Positions 37,237 to 47,928 of a stretch of 64,000 nucleotides of DNA are shown piece by piece (within the stretch, counting starts at the first letter, position 1; each line of letters starts with the position of its first letter). A program made the translations under genes and the position numbers. The notes below the pieces were generated by a model. That model ran no database searches. It saw only the letters and a program-made list of their open reading frames with translations, and had not been told where the DNA came from. The stretch spans positions 760 through 64,759 of the forward strand of contig SPJN01000013.1 in NCBI GenBank assembly GCA_006844605.1. Direction: 5' to 3'. The stretch comes from Hyphomicrobiales bacterium (GTDB taxonomy: Bacteria; Pseudomonadota; Alphaproteobacteria; SPJN01).

Positions 37237-37962
37237 ATGCAGCGTTACGCCAATCCAAAAGCCTTTATCGCCATTGCCGACCGGGTTATTCCCTGGTTGA
37301 AAGTCCTGACCGGGCTGGCCTTTGTCGGCGGCCTTTATCTTGCGCTGTTTCAGGCCCCGGCGGATTATCAGCAAAGCGAAACCGTGCGCATCATGTTTGT
37401 GCATGTGCCTACCGCCACCATGTCGATGATGGTGTTCGCGATTATGACAACGTCGTCCATCGTGGCGCTGATCTGGGGCCACCGGGTTGCTGATCTGTTT
37501 GCCCGGGCCAGCGCGCCCATCGGCGCGGCCTTCACCTTTATCGCCTTGTTCTCAGGCTCGTTCTGGGGGCGGCCCATGTGGGGCACATGGTGGGAATGGG
37601 GTGATGCCAGACTGGTGTCTGAACTGATCCTGCTGTTCATCTATTTCGGCTATATGGGCATTTGGCAAACCATTGACGATCCGATTAAGGCGGCGAAGGC
37701 AGCACGGATCACCGCCATTGTCGGTGCGGTCAATCTGCCGATCATCAAATTTTCCGTCGATTGGTGGAACACGTTGCACCAGCCTGCATCCTTGGTGCGG
37801 ATGGATGGCCCTGCCATTCATGAAAGCCTGTTATGGCCGCTATTTGCCATGTGGGCAGCGTTTGGCCTGTTCTATGTGACGATGGCGCTGATCGGCACCA
37901 AAATTGAAATTCTGCGCTTCCAGTCCCGCGCCCGGGCCATGCGCCAGACCGAAGGGGTGTAA
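37237..37962 (+). CDS. ccmC: Heme exporter protein C
   Basis: IMFVHVP, WGRPMWGTWW..DARL, WWNTLHQ. Confidence 0.95.
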   Translation: MQRYANPKAFIAIADRVIPWLKVLTGLAFVGGLYLALFQAPADYQQSETVRIMFVHVPTATMSMMVFAIMTTSSIVALIWGHRVADLFARASAPIGAAFTFIALFSGSFWGRPMWGTWWEWGDARLVSELILLFIYFGYMGIWQTIDDPIKAAKAARITAIVGAVNLPIIKFSVDWWNTLHQPASLVRMDGPAIHESLLWPLFAMWAAFGLFYVTMALIGTKIEILRFQSRARAMRQTEGV

Positions 37963-37965
37963 CAG

Positions 37966-38127
37966 ATGGAAAACCTGTCCACATTTTTGGCGATGGATGG
38001 TTACGGCACCTTTATCTGGCCGGTCTATGGGGTGGCGCTGACATTATGCGGCGTGATCTGGATCGCCCGTTCCTATACATTGCGGTCATTAGAGCGCGCC
38101 CAAAAGGATGAGGATCAAGCAACATGA
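37966..38127 (+). CDS. ccmD: Heme exporter protein D (53 aa, not in ORF track)
   Basis: MENLSTFLAMDGYGTFIWPVYG..., between ccmC and ccmE, ATGA overlap with ccmE. Confidence 0.88.
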   Translation: MENLSTFLAMDGYGTFIWPVYGVALTLCGVIWIARSYTLRSLERAQKDEDQAT

Positions 38128-38630
38128 CCCGTAAACAACAACGCACATGGTTCTTGGTTGGCGGTGTCGGCGTGTTGGCATTGGCCACTGTTTTGATTTT
38201 AGGCGCCCTTGGCGATTCCCTTGTCTATTTCTATTCCCCGACCGAGTTGACGGAAAAGGCAATCGACCCCGGCGCGCAAATTCGCGTTGGCGGTTTGGTC
38301 GAAGAAGGCAGCGTTGAAAAGGGCGAGGGGCTGGATGTCAGCTTTGTCGTTACGGATCTGAATGAAAGCGTAACGGTCAATTATAATGGCCTGTTGCCTG
38401 ATCTATTCCGTGAAGGTCAAGGCGTCGTGGCCGAAGGCAGTTTTCTGACCGACGGGCAGTTCCATGCCACCAAGGTGCTGGCAAAGCATGACGAAAAATA
38501 TATGCCGAAGGAAGTTGCCGATGCCCTGAAAGAACAGGGCAAGTGGAAGGCTGACGAGACATTGATAGATGACAGCGTCAAAAAATACGGGATAGATGAT
38601 AGCGGCACAAATAAAGGGTATGGCGAATGA
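38124..38630 (+). CDS. ccmE: Heme chaperone
   Basis: LPDLFREGQGVV, VLAKHDEKY. Confidence 0.96.
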   Translation: MTRKQQRTWFLVGGVGVLALATVLILGALGDSLVYFYSPTELTEKAIDPGAQIRVGGLVEEGSVEKGEGLDVSFVVTDLNESVTVNYNGLLPDLFREGQGVVAEGSFLTDGQFHATKVLAKHDEKYMPKEVADALKEQGKWKADETLIDDSVKKYGIDDSGTNKGYGE

Positions 38631-40597
38631 CCGAATTGCTGCCAGAAATTGGCACTGTCTTTTTATGTCTGGCCCTGATTACGGCTATCTTGTCGGGGTT
38701 GGTGCCACAATGGGGCGCGCTGCGCGGCGATGCACGGTTGATGCGCTTTGCCGATTCTGGTGCCATTGTGCAGGGCATCATGATTGCCGGGGCGTTCGGG
38801 GTGCTAACCCATGCCTTTGTGGTCAGTGATTTTTCGGTTGAAACGGTTGCCAACAATTCCCACACGTTAAAACCCATGCTGTATAAAATCAGCGGAGTAT
38901 GGGGCAATCATGAAGGCAGTCTGGTACTGTGGGTCATGATCCTGACCCTGTTCGGCGCTGCGGTCGCCCTGTTTGGGCAAAGCCTGCCGTTAAGCCTGCG
39001 GGCACGTGTGTTGTCGGTTCAGTCGCTGGTAGCTGTTGGGTTTTTAAGTTTCACTATTTTCACCTCCAACCCGTTTGCGCGGCTTGACCCAGCCCCGATT
39101 GAAGGGCTGGGGTTGAACCCGCTTTTGCAGGACCCCGGCTTGGCCTTTCACCCGCCCTTTCTTTATTTGGGGTATGTCGGCTTTTCCATCGCCTTTTCAT
39201 TCGCAATCGGTGCCTTGCTTGAGGGGAAGGTCGATGCAGCATGGGCCCGCTGGGTGAAGCCGTGGACATTGGCTGCGTGGATTTTCCTGACCATCGGGAT
39301 CGCCCTTGGGTCTTGGTGGGCCTATTACGAACTTGGTTGGGGCGGTTTCTGGTTTTGGGATCCGGTTGAAAATGCCAGCCTGCTACCGTGGCTGATGGGT
39401 ACGGCCTTGCTGCATTCTGTGATCGTGGTCGAACGGCGCGACAGCCTGAAACGATGGACCATCCTGTTGGCGATTGGCACATTTTCATTGTCATTGCTGG
39501 GGACATTCCTTGTCCGGTCCGGCGTGTTGACGTCGGTTCATGCCTTTGCAACAGACCCAGAACGGGGTGTCTTTATCTTGGGGTTCTTGGTGGCTGTCGT
39601 TGGTGGCTCCCTCACCCTATATGCGTTACGGGCAGGCAAACTTGACCCGGTGGGGCTGTTTGCCCCCATCAGCCGTGAAGGTGCCTTGTTGATCAATAAC
39701 TGGTTCTTGGTTTCCGCGGCCGGCACGGTCTTGCTTGGCACGTTGTATCCGCTGTTCCTTGATGCCCTGACGGGTGAGAAGATCACCGTTGGGCCGCCCT
39801 TTTTTAATGCAACCGTATTGCCGATCATGGTGCCGCTGGCCCTTGCGATGGCCGTCGGGCCGTGGCTGCGCTGGCGGTCTGATCAGTTGACGGGCATGGG
39901 CGGCAGGCTGGGGCTTATTTTCGGCATTGCGGCCCTTGCCGTCTTTGCCACTGTGATCCTGACCACCGATGCGCCGTGGTGGGGCCTTGCGGGTGTGGGG
40001 CTTGGCGTCTGGTTGATTGCGGGCACCGGTCTTGACTGGTTGCGCCGGACCGGGCTGTTGCGCGGCGGGTTTGCCAAACTGCCCCGTTCTGTCCACGGCA
40101 TGACCTTGGCCCATATCGGCTTTGGCTTGGTTATTTTGGGTGTGGTCGGCAATACCGGCTGGACCCAGGAAGAACAGGGCCTGATGAAGGTTGGCGATAA
40201 AGTTACCCTTGGCCAGTATGAGTTCGCCCTTGAAGGAGTGGCGGTTGTGCCGGGGCCGAATTATCGCGCCCAGCAGGGCACATTGATGGTCAGCAAGCTT
40301 GATAGCGGCGGCGATGCGGTATGGACAGCGCCCTTCCGCCCCGAAATGCGCCATTACCGTGATCCCGTTCAAACCACGACAGAGGCGGCGATCAAAACCA
40401 GTGTCTTGCGCGATTTGTTTGCCGTGGTGGGGGAAGGCAATCACCAGCAGGGCTTTGCCGTGCGGGTATATGTCAAGCCACTGGTGCCATGGATTTGGAC
40501 CGGTGCCGGGCTGATGGCGCTGGGGGGGTTATTGTCCCTGTCGCGTAGCTTTGCGCGCCGGCCCCGTCAGGTCACCACAAAAGAGGCCACAGTATGA
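38627..40597 (+). CDS. ccmF: Cytochrome c heme lyase
   Basis: WGNHEGS, WAYYELGWGGFWFWDPVENAS, SVHAF. Confidence 0.97.
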   Translation: MTELLPEIGTVFLCLALITAILSGLVPQWGALRGDARLMRFADSGAIVQGIMIAGAFGVLTHAFVVSDFSVETVANNSHTLKPMLYKISGVWGNHEGSLVLWVMILTLFGAAVALFGQSLPLSLRARVLSVQSLVAVGFLSFTIFTSNPFARLDPAPIEGLGLNPLLQDPGLAFHPPFLYLGYVGFSIAFSFAIGALLEGKVDAAWARWVKPWTLAAWIFLTIGIALGSWWAYYELGWGGFWFWDPVENASLLPWLMGTALLHSVIVVERRDSLKRWTILLAIGTFSLSLLGTFLVRSGVLTSVHAFATDPERGVFILGFLVAVVGGSLTLYALRAGKLDPVGLFAPISREGALLINNWFLVSAAGTVLLGTLYPLFLDALTGEKITVGPPFFNATVLPIMVPLALAMAVGPWLRWRSDQLTGMGGRLGLIFGIAALAVFATVILTTDAPWWGLAGVGLGVWLIAGTGLDWLRRTGLLRGGFAKLPRSVHGMTLAHIGFGLVILGVVGNTGWTQEEQGLMKVGDKVTLGQYEFALEGVAVVPGPNYRAQQGTLMVSKLDSGGDAVWTAPFRPEMRHYRDPVQTTTEAAIKTSVLRDLFAVVGEGNHQQGFAVRVYVKPLVPWIWTGAGLMALGGLLSLSRSFARRPRQVTTKEATV

Positions 40598-41160
40598 GTG
40601 AGCAAAATTCTGTATGGCGCGCCCGGCTAACCCGGTTTGTGCCCTTGGCGGTTTTTGCGTTGCTGGCAAGCGCGCTTTATGTGGGGTTAAGCCTTAATCC
40701 AAAGGAAATCCCCTCGGCCCTGATTGACAAACCTGTGCCGCAGTTTGACCTGCCGGCTTTGGTCGGGCGTGATGCTGACAGTGGGTTAAGCACCGCTGAT
40801 TTGCACACGGGTGACCTTGCCATCGTGAATGTTTGGGCCAGCTGGTGCGTGCCCTGCCGGGTTGAACATCCCTTGTTGAAACGTCTGGCGGCCCAAAGCG
40901 GTGTGCCGGTCCACGGGCTGAACTATAAGGACCGGCCTGACAATGCCCGCGCTTTTTTGGATGAACTTGGCGACCCGTTTGTACGGGTCGGCGTTGATGC
41001 ATCGGGCCGTGCAGGGATTGACTGGGGCGTTTATGGCGTGCCCGAAACCTTCATCATTTCTGGCGAAGGGACGATCCTGCATAAACATATCGGCCCGCTG
41101 ACTGATCAGGCGATTGATAGCATTCTGTTACCGTTTTTGGCTGAGGCACAGGGTAAATGA
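40594..41160 (+). CDS. ccmG: Thiol:disulfide interchange protein DsbE
   Basis: WASWCVPC, GVYGVPETF. Confidence 0.95.
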   Translation: MSEQNSVWRARLTRFVPLAVFALLASALYVGLSLNPKEIPSALIDKPVPQFDLPALVGRDADSGLSTADLHTGDLAIVNVWASWCVPCRVEHPLLKRLAAQSGVPVHGLNYKDRPDNARAFLDELGDPFVRVGVDASGRAGIDWGVYGVPETFIISGEGTILHKHIGPLTDQAIDSILLPFLAEAQGK

Positions 41161-41642
41161 CCAGCTTGCGCATGATGATTGTAGGGGCTTTTATGGGGCT
41201 GTTATTGCTGCCCACGCTTGCCCTTGCCGTGGCGGTTGATGAAAACCCGCTGGCCGACCCCGCGCTTGAACAACAGGTGCAGGACATATCCAAAACACTG
41301 CGCTGCCTTGTCTGCCAAAATCAATCCATTGAAGATTCCAATTCTGATTTGGCCAAGGATTTGCGCAATGTCGTGCGTGAACGTGTTGCGGCGGGGGACA
41401 ATGGTGATCAGGTCCGCGCCTATATGGTGGATCGTTATGGCGAATGGGTATTGATGAGCCCGCCTGTCTCGCAGCGCACCTATGTTTTGTGGCTGGGGCC
41501 GCTGGCGCTGGTGCTGGTGGGTTTGTTTGCCATCATAGTGATGATGCGCCGCCGCGCTGCTGACGGCACACAGATTGATATTGCCTTGTCTGACGAGGAC
41601 AAGGCCCGCGCCAAGGCGCTGCTTAAAGGGAACGATGAATGA
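41157..41642 (+). CDS. ccmH: Cytochrome c biogenesis protein
   Basis: LRCLVCQNQSI, RYGEWVL. Confidence 0.95.
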   Translation: MTSLRMMIVGAFMGLLLLPTLALAVAVDENPLADPALEQQVQDISKTLRCLVCQNQSIEDSNSDLAKDLRNVVRERVAAGDNGDQVRAYMVDRYGEWVLMSPPVSQRTYVLWLGPLALVLVGLFAIIVMMRRRAADGTQIDIALSDEDKARAKALLKGNDE

Positions 41643-43048
41643 TTTGGTTCGGCTTTCTGGCTGCCGCAATTTTTGTATTGGCGGTTTTGTTGTGGCCGCT
41701 GTTTCGTGCCAATGACAGCGCGGCCGCCGATGCGTTAAGCGTTTATCGCGATGCGATGGCTGCGGCCCAATCGGATGAAGAACGCGCCGAGATCGAGGCC
41801 CGCGTGCTGGCCGCCACTGCCGCAGACAAGGCAGGCGACGACCGCCCCTTGTCCAAGCTGGGCGTTGGTCTGGTTGCGGCCTTCGTCGCCTTTGTGATGC
41901 TTGGTGGCGGGTTCACCCTTTATGCCATGATCGGCGTGCCGCAACTTGACGGACGGCCCATTGCGTCGGTGCCGCGTCCCACGGCCCCTGCGGGGGAATC
42001 CATTGCGGGTGAAGATGCTGGGGCGTTGTCGGAACTTGCCGGACAATTATTTGATAAATTGCGCGAACAGGGCAGTGATGCCCCCGCTGAAGGGTGGATG
42101 TTGTTGGCGCGGACCTATTTGCAATTGGGCCGCCATGCTGATGCCGCTGATGCGTTTGAGCAGGCAGCCGCGCGCGCAGCCGGTGACCCTGAACCCCTTA
42201 TGGGTGCGGGGGAGGCGTTGGTCTTTGCCGCCGGCGGGACAGTGACTGACCGGGCACGGGGCCTGTTTGCGGATGCAGCCTTGCTTGATCCCAAGCACCC
42301 CGGCAGCCGTTATTACCTTGCGCTTTACGCCTATCAACAAGGTCGGATGAGCGCCGCGTATGACGCGTTTGTGGCGCTTTATAACGACACCGCCGATGAT
42401 GCGCCGTGGATGGGGCAGCTTGTGGCACGCCTTGATGAAGTTGCGACCGCATCGGGCAAACCGCTGCCGGAAAAACTTGTGCAGCGTGTTGCCGAAGCCC
42501 GCCAAATGGCACGTGCCAATGCCCCTGTTGCATCACCACCCTCTGCTGCGGGCAATGCCCCCGGCCCCTCGCGTGAGGATATGGAGGCAGCACAGGGCAT
42601 GTCACCCGATGACCGGATGGGCATGATCCAAGGCATGGTGGCAGGGCTTGCCGAACGGCTGGCGGATGAACCGGATGATCTTGATGGCTGGACCCGTTTG
42701 GCCCGTGCCTACAAGGTGTTGGGCGATATTGAAGGCTATGTTGAGGCGACGAAGAATGTCTCCCGTCTGCAGCCCAATGACAGTGCCGCCGCCACTGCCT
42801 ATGGCGAGGCGTTGATCAATTTAACCGGCAATGACCGGGTGCCCGATCAGGCGATGGCGGCGTTCAATCGTGCGGTGTTGCTTGACCCCAATAATTTGCA
42901 GGCGCTTTATTATCGTGGCTTGGGCCATGCCTCGCGCGGGGAAAAGCCCGCCGCCCGCAGTGATTTGCAGGCCGTGTTAAATGCCCTGCCGCCGCAAGCG
43001 CCTGTTCGTGAAGGGGTTGAAGCGGCCCTGAAAGATTTGCAAGACTAG
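41639..43048 (+). CDS. ccmI: Cytochrome c biogenesis TPR protein CcmI/CycH
   Basis: N-terminal TMs, TPR-like repeats, IQGMVAGLAERL. End of the ccm operon. Confidence 0.85.
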   Translation: MIWFGFLAAAIFVLAVLLWPLFRANDSAAADALSVYRDAMAAAQSDEERAEIEARVLAATAADKAGDDRPLSKLGVGLVAAFVAFVMLGGGFTLYAMIGVPQLDGRPIASVPRPTAPAGESIAGEDAGALSELAGQLFDKLREQGSDAPAEGWMLLARTYLQLGRHADAADAFEQAAARAAGDPEPLMGAGEALVFAAGGTVTDRARGLFADAALLDPKHPGSRYYLALYAYQQGRMSAAYDAFVALYNDTADDAPWMGQLVARLDEVATASGKPLPEKLVQRVAEARQMARANAPVASPPSAAGNAPGPSREDMEAAQGMSPDDRMGMIQGMVAGLAERLADEPDDLDGWTRLARAYKVLGDIEGYVEATKNVSRLQPNDSAAATAYGEALINLTGNDRVPDQAMAAFNRAVLLDPNNLQALYYRGLGHASRGEKPAARSDLQAVLNALPPQAPVREGVEAALKDLQD

Positions 43049-43052
43049 CATC

Positions 43053-43661
43053 ATGGCAAATGACGATAACGCAAAACCGAAGCATGAGCATAAGCCGGGT
43101 ATCACCAACCCGATGCTGTATGATGGCTCATTCTCAAAATCTGTCCCCCAAGGTGATAATCGTGAGCGGCTGATCTGTAATGATTGCGGCTTCGTCAATT
43201 ATCAAAACCCGAAAATCGTGGCGGGCGTTGTTTGTGTGCATGACGACAAGGTGCTGTTGTGCAAACGCTCGATTGAACCACGCTTGGGTTACTGGACCTT
43301 GCCCGCAGGCTTTATGGAAGAAGGCGAAAGCGCCGAACATGGCGCATTGCGTGAGGCCCGCGAAGAAGCGAATGCAGAGCTTGAGGTAGAGCAGCTATTG
43401 GCGGTCTATTCCATCCCCCGGATCAGTCAGGTACAGCTGATGTACAAGGCGCGGTTCAAGGGCGCGCCGGAGTTTTCTGCTGGCGAAGAAAGCCTTGAGG
43501 TGCGCCTGTTCGATTGGGACGACATCCCGTGGGACGAGCTTGCGTTTCCATCGGCCCTATGGGCGCTGGAACAATATCGCACCGTGTGGGGGCAAAAAGA
43601 ATTCGCCCCCTTCACCAACCCGGAAGGTGATTGGGGAAACTTCTTTAAAAAGCGCGATTAG
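43053..43661 (+). CDS. NUDIX hydrolase with zinc-ribbon remnant
   Basis: Nudix box GFMEEGESAEHGALREAREE. C..CGFVNYQNP. Confidence 0.92.
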   Translation: MANDDNAKPKHEHKPGITNPMLYDGSFSKSVPQGDNRERLICNDCGFVNYQNPKIVAGVVCVHDDKVLLCKRSIEPRLGYWTLPAGFMEEGESAEHGALREAREEANAELEVEQLLAVYSIPRISQVQLMYKARFKGAPEFSAGEESLEVRLFDWDDIPWDELAFPSALWALEQYRTVWGQKEFAPFTNPEGDWGNFFKKRD

Positions 43662-43674
43662 GGTGTCCGACTGA

Positions 43675-44457
43675 TCAGAAGTTACTGAGCAGAGTGAACT
43701 CGACCTGACTGTCATTGGCGTTGATGATCTGCGCCCGCATATTGCCGAAGGCGATGACATTTGTTGCGGACAGATCATATTGATACTGCGCCTCTGACAC
43801 CACATGGTGCGGGTAGTCATCATATTCACGATAGGTGAAATAGAAGATGTTGTCGTCACGTTTGACGTAGCGAAATTCTTTCACCAGAGAGCGAGAGCCG
43901 TTGTTTGACTCGTTGATAATTGAAATATTCTGAAAGTCTTTTTTCAACTCGTTAAAGTGATGCCCTAGTGGTGCGCCGTACTGGGAATAGACGGGCATAA
44001 CGCTGTAATAAATATTGCTGTCAACACAAACTCTAGAATTTGGGATGCTTCCTGTGCATGACAAAAATGATTCCGTGCCGTCAGGTTCTGTCATCTTGGT
44101 TGGCACCGGGCCAAAGCATGGAAGTTCTTTGCTGCCTACTGTGATGCCAAGCGGCATGGTGACATTATCGGTTTGATAGTAACGCCCAGGAGCAACTGTT
44201 GATGAGCATTTTCCTAGTAGTATAGGTCGACCCTCACCTTGGGCTCTGCCAAAAGTTGTCATTTGCCTAATATCAAGAACACGGCTACTGCTTTTATGAC
44301 CATACGCGATCATCGTTTCGCCTGCGATTGCAGTCGTCACTTGCTGCGTTTCTGGAAAGCTAATGGTCTCAACGGTGGCAGGTTTTGTTTGAAAAGCCGG
44401 GCCTGTCGAGCAGCCCGCCAAAGCCAAAAGCGCTAAGGCGCTGAGAATTGTCCGCAT
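43675..44457 (-). CDS. Hypothetical lipoprotein
   Basis: MRTILSALALLALAGC lipobox at ATG 44457. AT-richer than neighbours. Confidence 0.7.
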   Translation of the reverse strand: MRTILSALALLALAGCSTGPAFQTKPATVETISFPETQQVTTAIAGETMIAYGHKSSSRVLDIRQMTTFGRAQGEGRPILLGKCSSTVAPGRYYQTDNVTMPLGITVGSKELPCFGPVPTKMTEPDGTESFLSCTGSIPNSRVCVDSNIYYSVMPVYSQYGAPLGHHFNELKKDFQNISIINESNNGSRSLVKEFRYVKRDDNIFYFTYREYDDYPHHVVSEAQYQYDLSATNVIAFGNMRAQIINANDSQVEFTLLSNF

Positions 44458-44562
44458 AGTCTTCCCCCAAAAAGACGGTTGTGAGTTCATTCCCTTGTGG
44501 GTTGTTTTTGCGGCAAGGTCAAGGGGAGGGCAAAGGAGGGGCAAGTGCGGGCAAGGGCGGGA

Positions 44563-45378
44563 TTAGGCCCGCTCATATATCTTGTTCATACGCGTGTCGA
44601 TCTTGACTTGATAGCCTGCCTTTTCCATCAACCCGCCAAGGTCACGGTCCCACCGGTCGGGGGCCCATTCCATGATGATATAGCGCGGTAACAAGTCATG
44701 CGGGGCGGTTTCAAAAAACGGCGCAAGGGCGATGTCTTCAGCCCCCTCGATATCGATTTTCAGTGCATCAATGCGCGGCCATTTTTGGTCTTTGATAACA
44801 TCCAGCAAGGGCCGCATGGGCACCTGTTCGGTCCCGACCTGATCGGCTGACTTGCCGCTGGCGCCCTTGTTCTTGCCGTCAATCGCCAGTTCAAGCGTGC
44901 CGTCCTGATCGGACACAGCCATTTTCAGCGGCGTGATCTGCGCTTCGAATTGGTTCAGCGTGATATTATCCATCAGCCGGTCATACACCGCCTGTTGCGG
45001 TTCAAACGCCAGCACTTTTGCCCTATTGGATTTTGATGCCACCCACAGGGAATAAAGCCCAACATTTGCACCGATATCGACAAAGTAAAAATCGCCTTTG
45101 TTGGCCCGTGCCTGTTCGGCTAAAAAGCGGCGTTCTTCCTTGTCGAACAGATCAGGCGTGAACATCACGCGTTTTTCGCACAGATTATCAAAGGGGTAGA
45201 GCCTGAGTTTCAGCCCGATCACCACCGTATCAACCGGTGCGGTCAGCCGGTTCAACCCGCGCCGCCGCAAAAAAAACGCCATCCGTTTGCCTGCCCAGTT
45301 GGTGGGAAAACTGCGCACGCGGGCCATCAGTCGTTTCACAGCTTCGTCGGGGGCGTAGGTGCCGAATGGTTCAATCAT
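44563..45378 (-). CDS. FkbM family methyltransferase
   Basis: VDIGANVG, AFEP, KIDIEGAE. Confidence 0.9.
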   Translation of the reverse strand: MIEPFGTYAPDEAVKRLMARVRSFPTNWAGKRMAFFLRRRGLNRLTAPVDTVVIGLKLRLYPFDNLCEKRVMFTPDLFDKEERRFLAEQARANKGDFYFVDIGANVGLYSLWVASKSNRAKVLAFEPQQAVYDRLMDNITLNQFEAQITPLKMAVSDQDGTLELAIDGKNKGASGKSADQVGTEQVPMRPLLDVIKDQKWPRIDALKIDIEGAEDIALAPFFETAPHDLLPRYIIMEWAPDRWDRDLGGLMEKAGYQVKIDTRMNKIYERA

Positions 45379-45943
45379 CTGTATCTGCTTTGATTGCGTG
45401 TTTGGTCAATAGGGGGGCCTGAAAGGCGGCAAAAACAAAGGTCAACGGCAGGACGCCAAAGACTTTGAAGCTGACCCACACATCGGTGGGTTGGGTCCGC
45501 CAGACCGCTTCGTTCAACACGGCGGCAAAAAGGAAAAACCCGATCCATCGCAGGGTCAGGATATGCCAGCCCTGATCAGTCAGGTCGAACACGCCGCCCA
45601 TCAACTTGCCCAGAAAATTCCGCCCGGTATATAGCCCGATGGCCAAGGCGATGGACATCATCACATAGACGATGGACGGCTTCATCTTGATAAAAATATC
45701 ATTGTCAAAAACCAGCGTCAGCCCGCCAAAGATCATCAGCAAAATGCCGGACACCAGCGGCATCATGGGGATGTGCCGGGCATAGACCCACGAAATCGCA
45801 ATCGCAATGGTGGTCGTGACCATGATGGCCCCGGTGGCGGGCATCAGCCCCCAGATATAATTGGCGACAAAGAACACCAGCAGGGGCGCGAAATCAATCG
45901 CCTGCTTCTGGCCGTTTGTTAATGTGCGTGTATGTTCAGTCAT
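45371..45943 (-). CDS. yciB: Inner membrane / septation protein A
   Basis: DFAPLLVFF, FIKMKPS, WVSFKVFG. Confidence 0.92.
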   Translation of the reverse strand: MTEHTRTLTNGQKQAIDFAPLLVFFVANYIWGLMPATGAIMVTTTIAIAISWVYARHIPMMPLVSGILLMIFGGLTLVFDNDIFIKMKPSIVYVMMSIALAIGLYTGRNFLGKLMGGVFDLTDQGWHILTLRWIGFFLFAAVLNEAVWRTQPTDVWVSFKVFGVLPLTFVFAAFQAPLLTKHAIKADTDD

Positions 45944-45952
45944 AAAACGGGT

Positions 45953-46819
45953 TTACCCCAAACGTTGCATCAGGACCAGCCCTGTAACGACCACAATGGC
46001 GGCAATGACACGCCGCCTGCCAAAGCCTTCGCCCAGCAACATCGTCCCGATAATGGCTGTAAATATGGCGGAACTTTCGCGTAACGCAGCTAAGGGCGCG
46101 GTATGCGCTGAAAATGTATAGGCATATAGCGCCAAGGTATAGGTGATGACGGCGCCTATGGCGGCACCGAACGCGCCCTTAAAATCCCGTTGTGCGCCGG
46201 CAATATATTTGCGTGGCCCCGCCCAGATAAAGATGGTTAAAAACCCGCCAAATCCTTCAAGCACCATAAACCACATAATATAGGACAGCGCCGCTTGCCC
46301 CACATCGGCGGCACTGCGCACACCGGTTGCATCAACCAATGTATAGGCGGCAATGAAAAAACCCGTCAGCACCGAAAATAATAGGCCCAGCGCATTGGCC
46401 TTTGCTGCGCGGCCATCCCAGGCAAAGGCGACAATGCCGCCACCGGTTAGGGCAAGACCCAGCCATTGTAGTACGCTCATCGTTTCGTTGAGCGTCAGGA
46501 ACGCGCCGATCCCGGTCAGCCCGGCACCGATACCGCGCGCCAATGGATGCGCCAATGACAGATCGGTCAACCGGTACGAGTTTGCCAGCACCACATGATA
46601 GCCCATGTGAATAGCGGTGGAGCCGAGGAGGAACACCCACAGGCTGGCGTCCGGCACTGCCACGAAAAACAACATGGGTAGACATAGGGAGCCCGAGAAC
46701 AGCGCCAGCACACTGCGGAATATCAGCTTGTCATGGGCCTTGATGTGAAAACTGTTCATCCCCGCATTGAACAGGGCGGATAACAGCACAAGACCGATGG
46801 CGATTGCTTCGTTGCTCAT
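45953..46819 (-). CDS. EamA/DMT family transporter
   Basis: About 10 TM segments, DLSLAHPLARG, AALRESS. Confidence 0.88.
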   Translation of the reverse strand: MSNEAIAIGLVLLSALFNAGMNSFHIKAHDKLIFRSVLALFSGSLCLPMLFFVAVPDASLWVFLLGSTAIHMGYHVVLANSYRLTDLSLAHPLARGIGAGLTGIGAFLTLNETMSVLQWLGLALTGGGIVAFAWDGRAAKANALGLLFSVLTGFFIAAYTLVDATGVRSAADVGQAALSYIMWFMVLEGFGGFLTIFIWAGPRKYIAGAQRDFKGAFGAAIGAVITYTLALYAYTFSAHTAPLAALRESSAIFTAIIGTMLLGEGFGRRRVIAAIVVVTGLVLMQRLG

Positions 46820-46926
46820 AGGTCGTGCGGTGCCTTTTGGCTAATTTGCGATGCAAGTACGGCGCGGATTAGATCCATCACCGTGTCGTAGTCGGACTAC
46901 GCGCCGCGCTTATGCAAGCATAAGCG

Positions 46927-47925
46927 TTAGGTAAGGCTGCCAGCCCCTGTCAGGGCGCGGGCGAAATCCTTCGCCTCAAACCGATGCAGATCATCGGGGC
47001 TTTCGCCCACACCGATATAATGCACCGGCATTTTGAACTTGCGCGCCAACGGCACCATGATGCCGCCCTTGGCCGTGCCGTCCAGCTTGGTCATCACCAG
47101 CCCGGTGACGTCAGCCACATCGCGGAAGGCTTCAACCTGATTAAGCGCGTTTTGCCCCGTCGTGGCGTCCAACACCTGCAACACCGCATGGGGGGCATCG
47201 GGGTTAATCTTGCGAATGACGCGCAGCATTTTTTCCAATTCCGCCATCAGGTCGGTTTTGTTTTGCAAACGCCCGGCGGTGTCGATCATCAAAATATCGA
47301 CGTCCTTTTCCTGTGCTTCTGTCATCGCGTCAAAGGCGAGGGAGGCTGAATCGCTACCCTGTTCGTGCGCCACAACAGGCACCCCGGCGCGCTGGCCCCA
47401 CACGGTTAATTGTTCAATCGCAGCGGCGCGGAACGTGTCACCCGCAGCCAGCATGACGGATTTTTTCTGTTTTTGATAATGCTGTGCCAGCTTGCCGATT
47501 GTGGTGGTCTTGCCTGTGCCATTCACGCCCACAAACAAAATAACAAACGGGCCATCATGTTTCTTGGGAATGTCCAACGGCGCTTCGACCGCCTGCAAAT
47601 GGGGCAGGATGGATTTGGCCAGCGCCTCGCGCACATGTTTGGCGGTGATGTTTTTGGCGAATTGTTCATCGCGCAACGTGTCGGCAACTTCCATTGCGGT
47701 GTCCGCGCCCAGATCAGCGCCGATCAACAGGTCTTCGAGCCGTTCCAGCGTTTCATCATCCAGCACGCGCTTGGTGAACAACCCGCCTGTGCTGCCAAGA
47801 TTATCGCTGCTGCGCGACATGCCCTTGCGCAGGCGCGAGAAGAAACCCTTTTTCTCGCCTGCTTGACTATCTGCGGGGCCATCTGCGGCAGCGTCGGTGG
47901 ATTGTTGATCGTTCTGGTCGGTCAT
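46927..47925 (-). CDS. ftsY: SRP receptor
   Basis: GVNGTGKTTT, DTFRAAA, DTAGR, TKLDGTAKGG. Confidence 0.97.
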   Translation of the reverse strand: MTDQNDQQSTDAAADGPADSQAGEKKGFFSRLRKGMSRSSDNLGSTGGLFTKRVLDDETLERLEDLLIGADLGADTAMEVADTLRDEQFAKNITAKHVREALAKSILPHLQAVEAPLDIPKKHDGPFVILFVGVNGTGKTTTIGKLAQHYQKQKKSVMLAAGDTFRAAAIEQLTVWGQRAGVPVVAHEQGSDSASLAFDAMTEAQEKDVDILMIDTAGRLQNKTDLMAELEKMLRVIRKINPDAPHAVLQVLDATTGQNALNQVEAFRDVADVTGLVMTKLDGTAKGGIMVPLARKFKMPVHYIGVGESPDDLHRFEAKDFARALTGAGSLT

Positions 47926-47928
47926 AAT

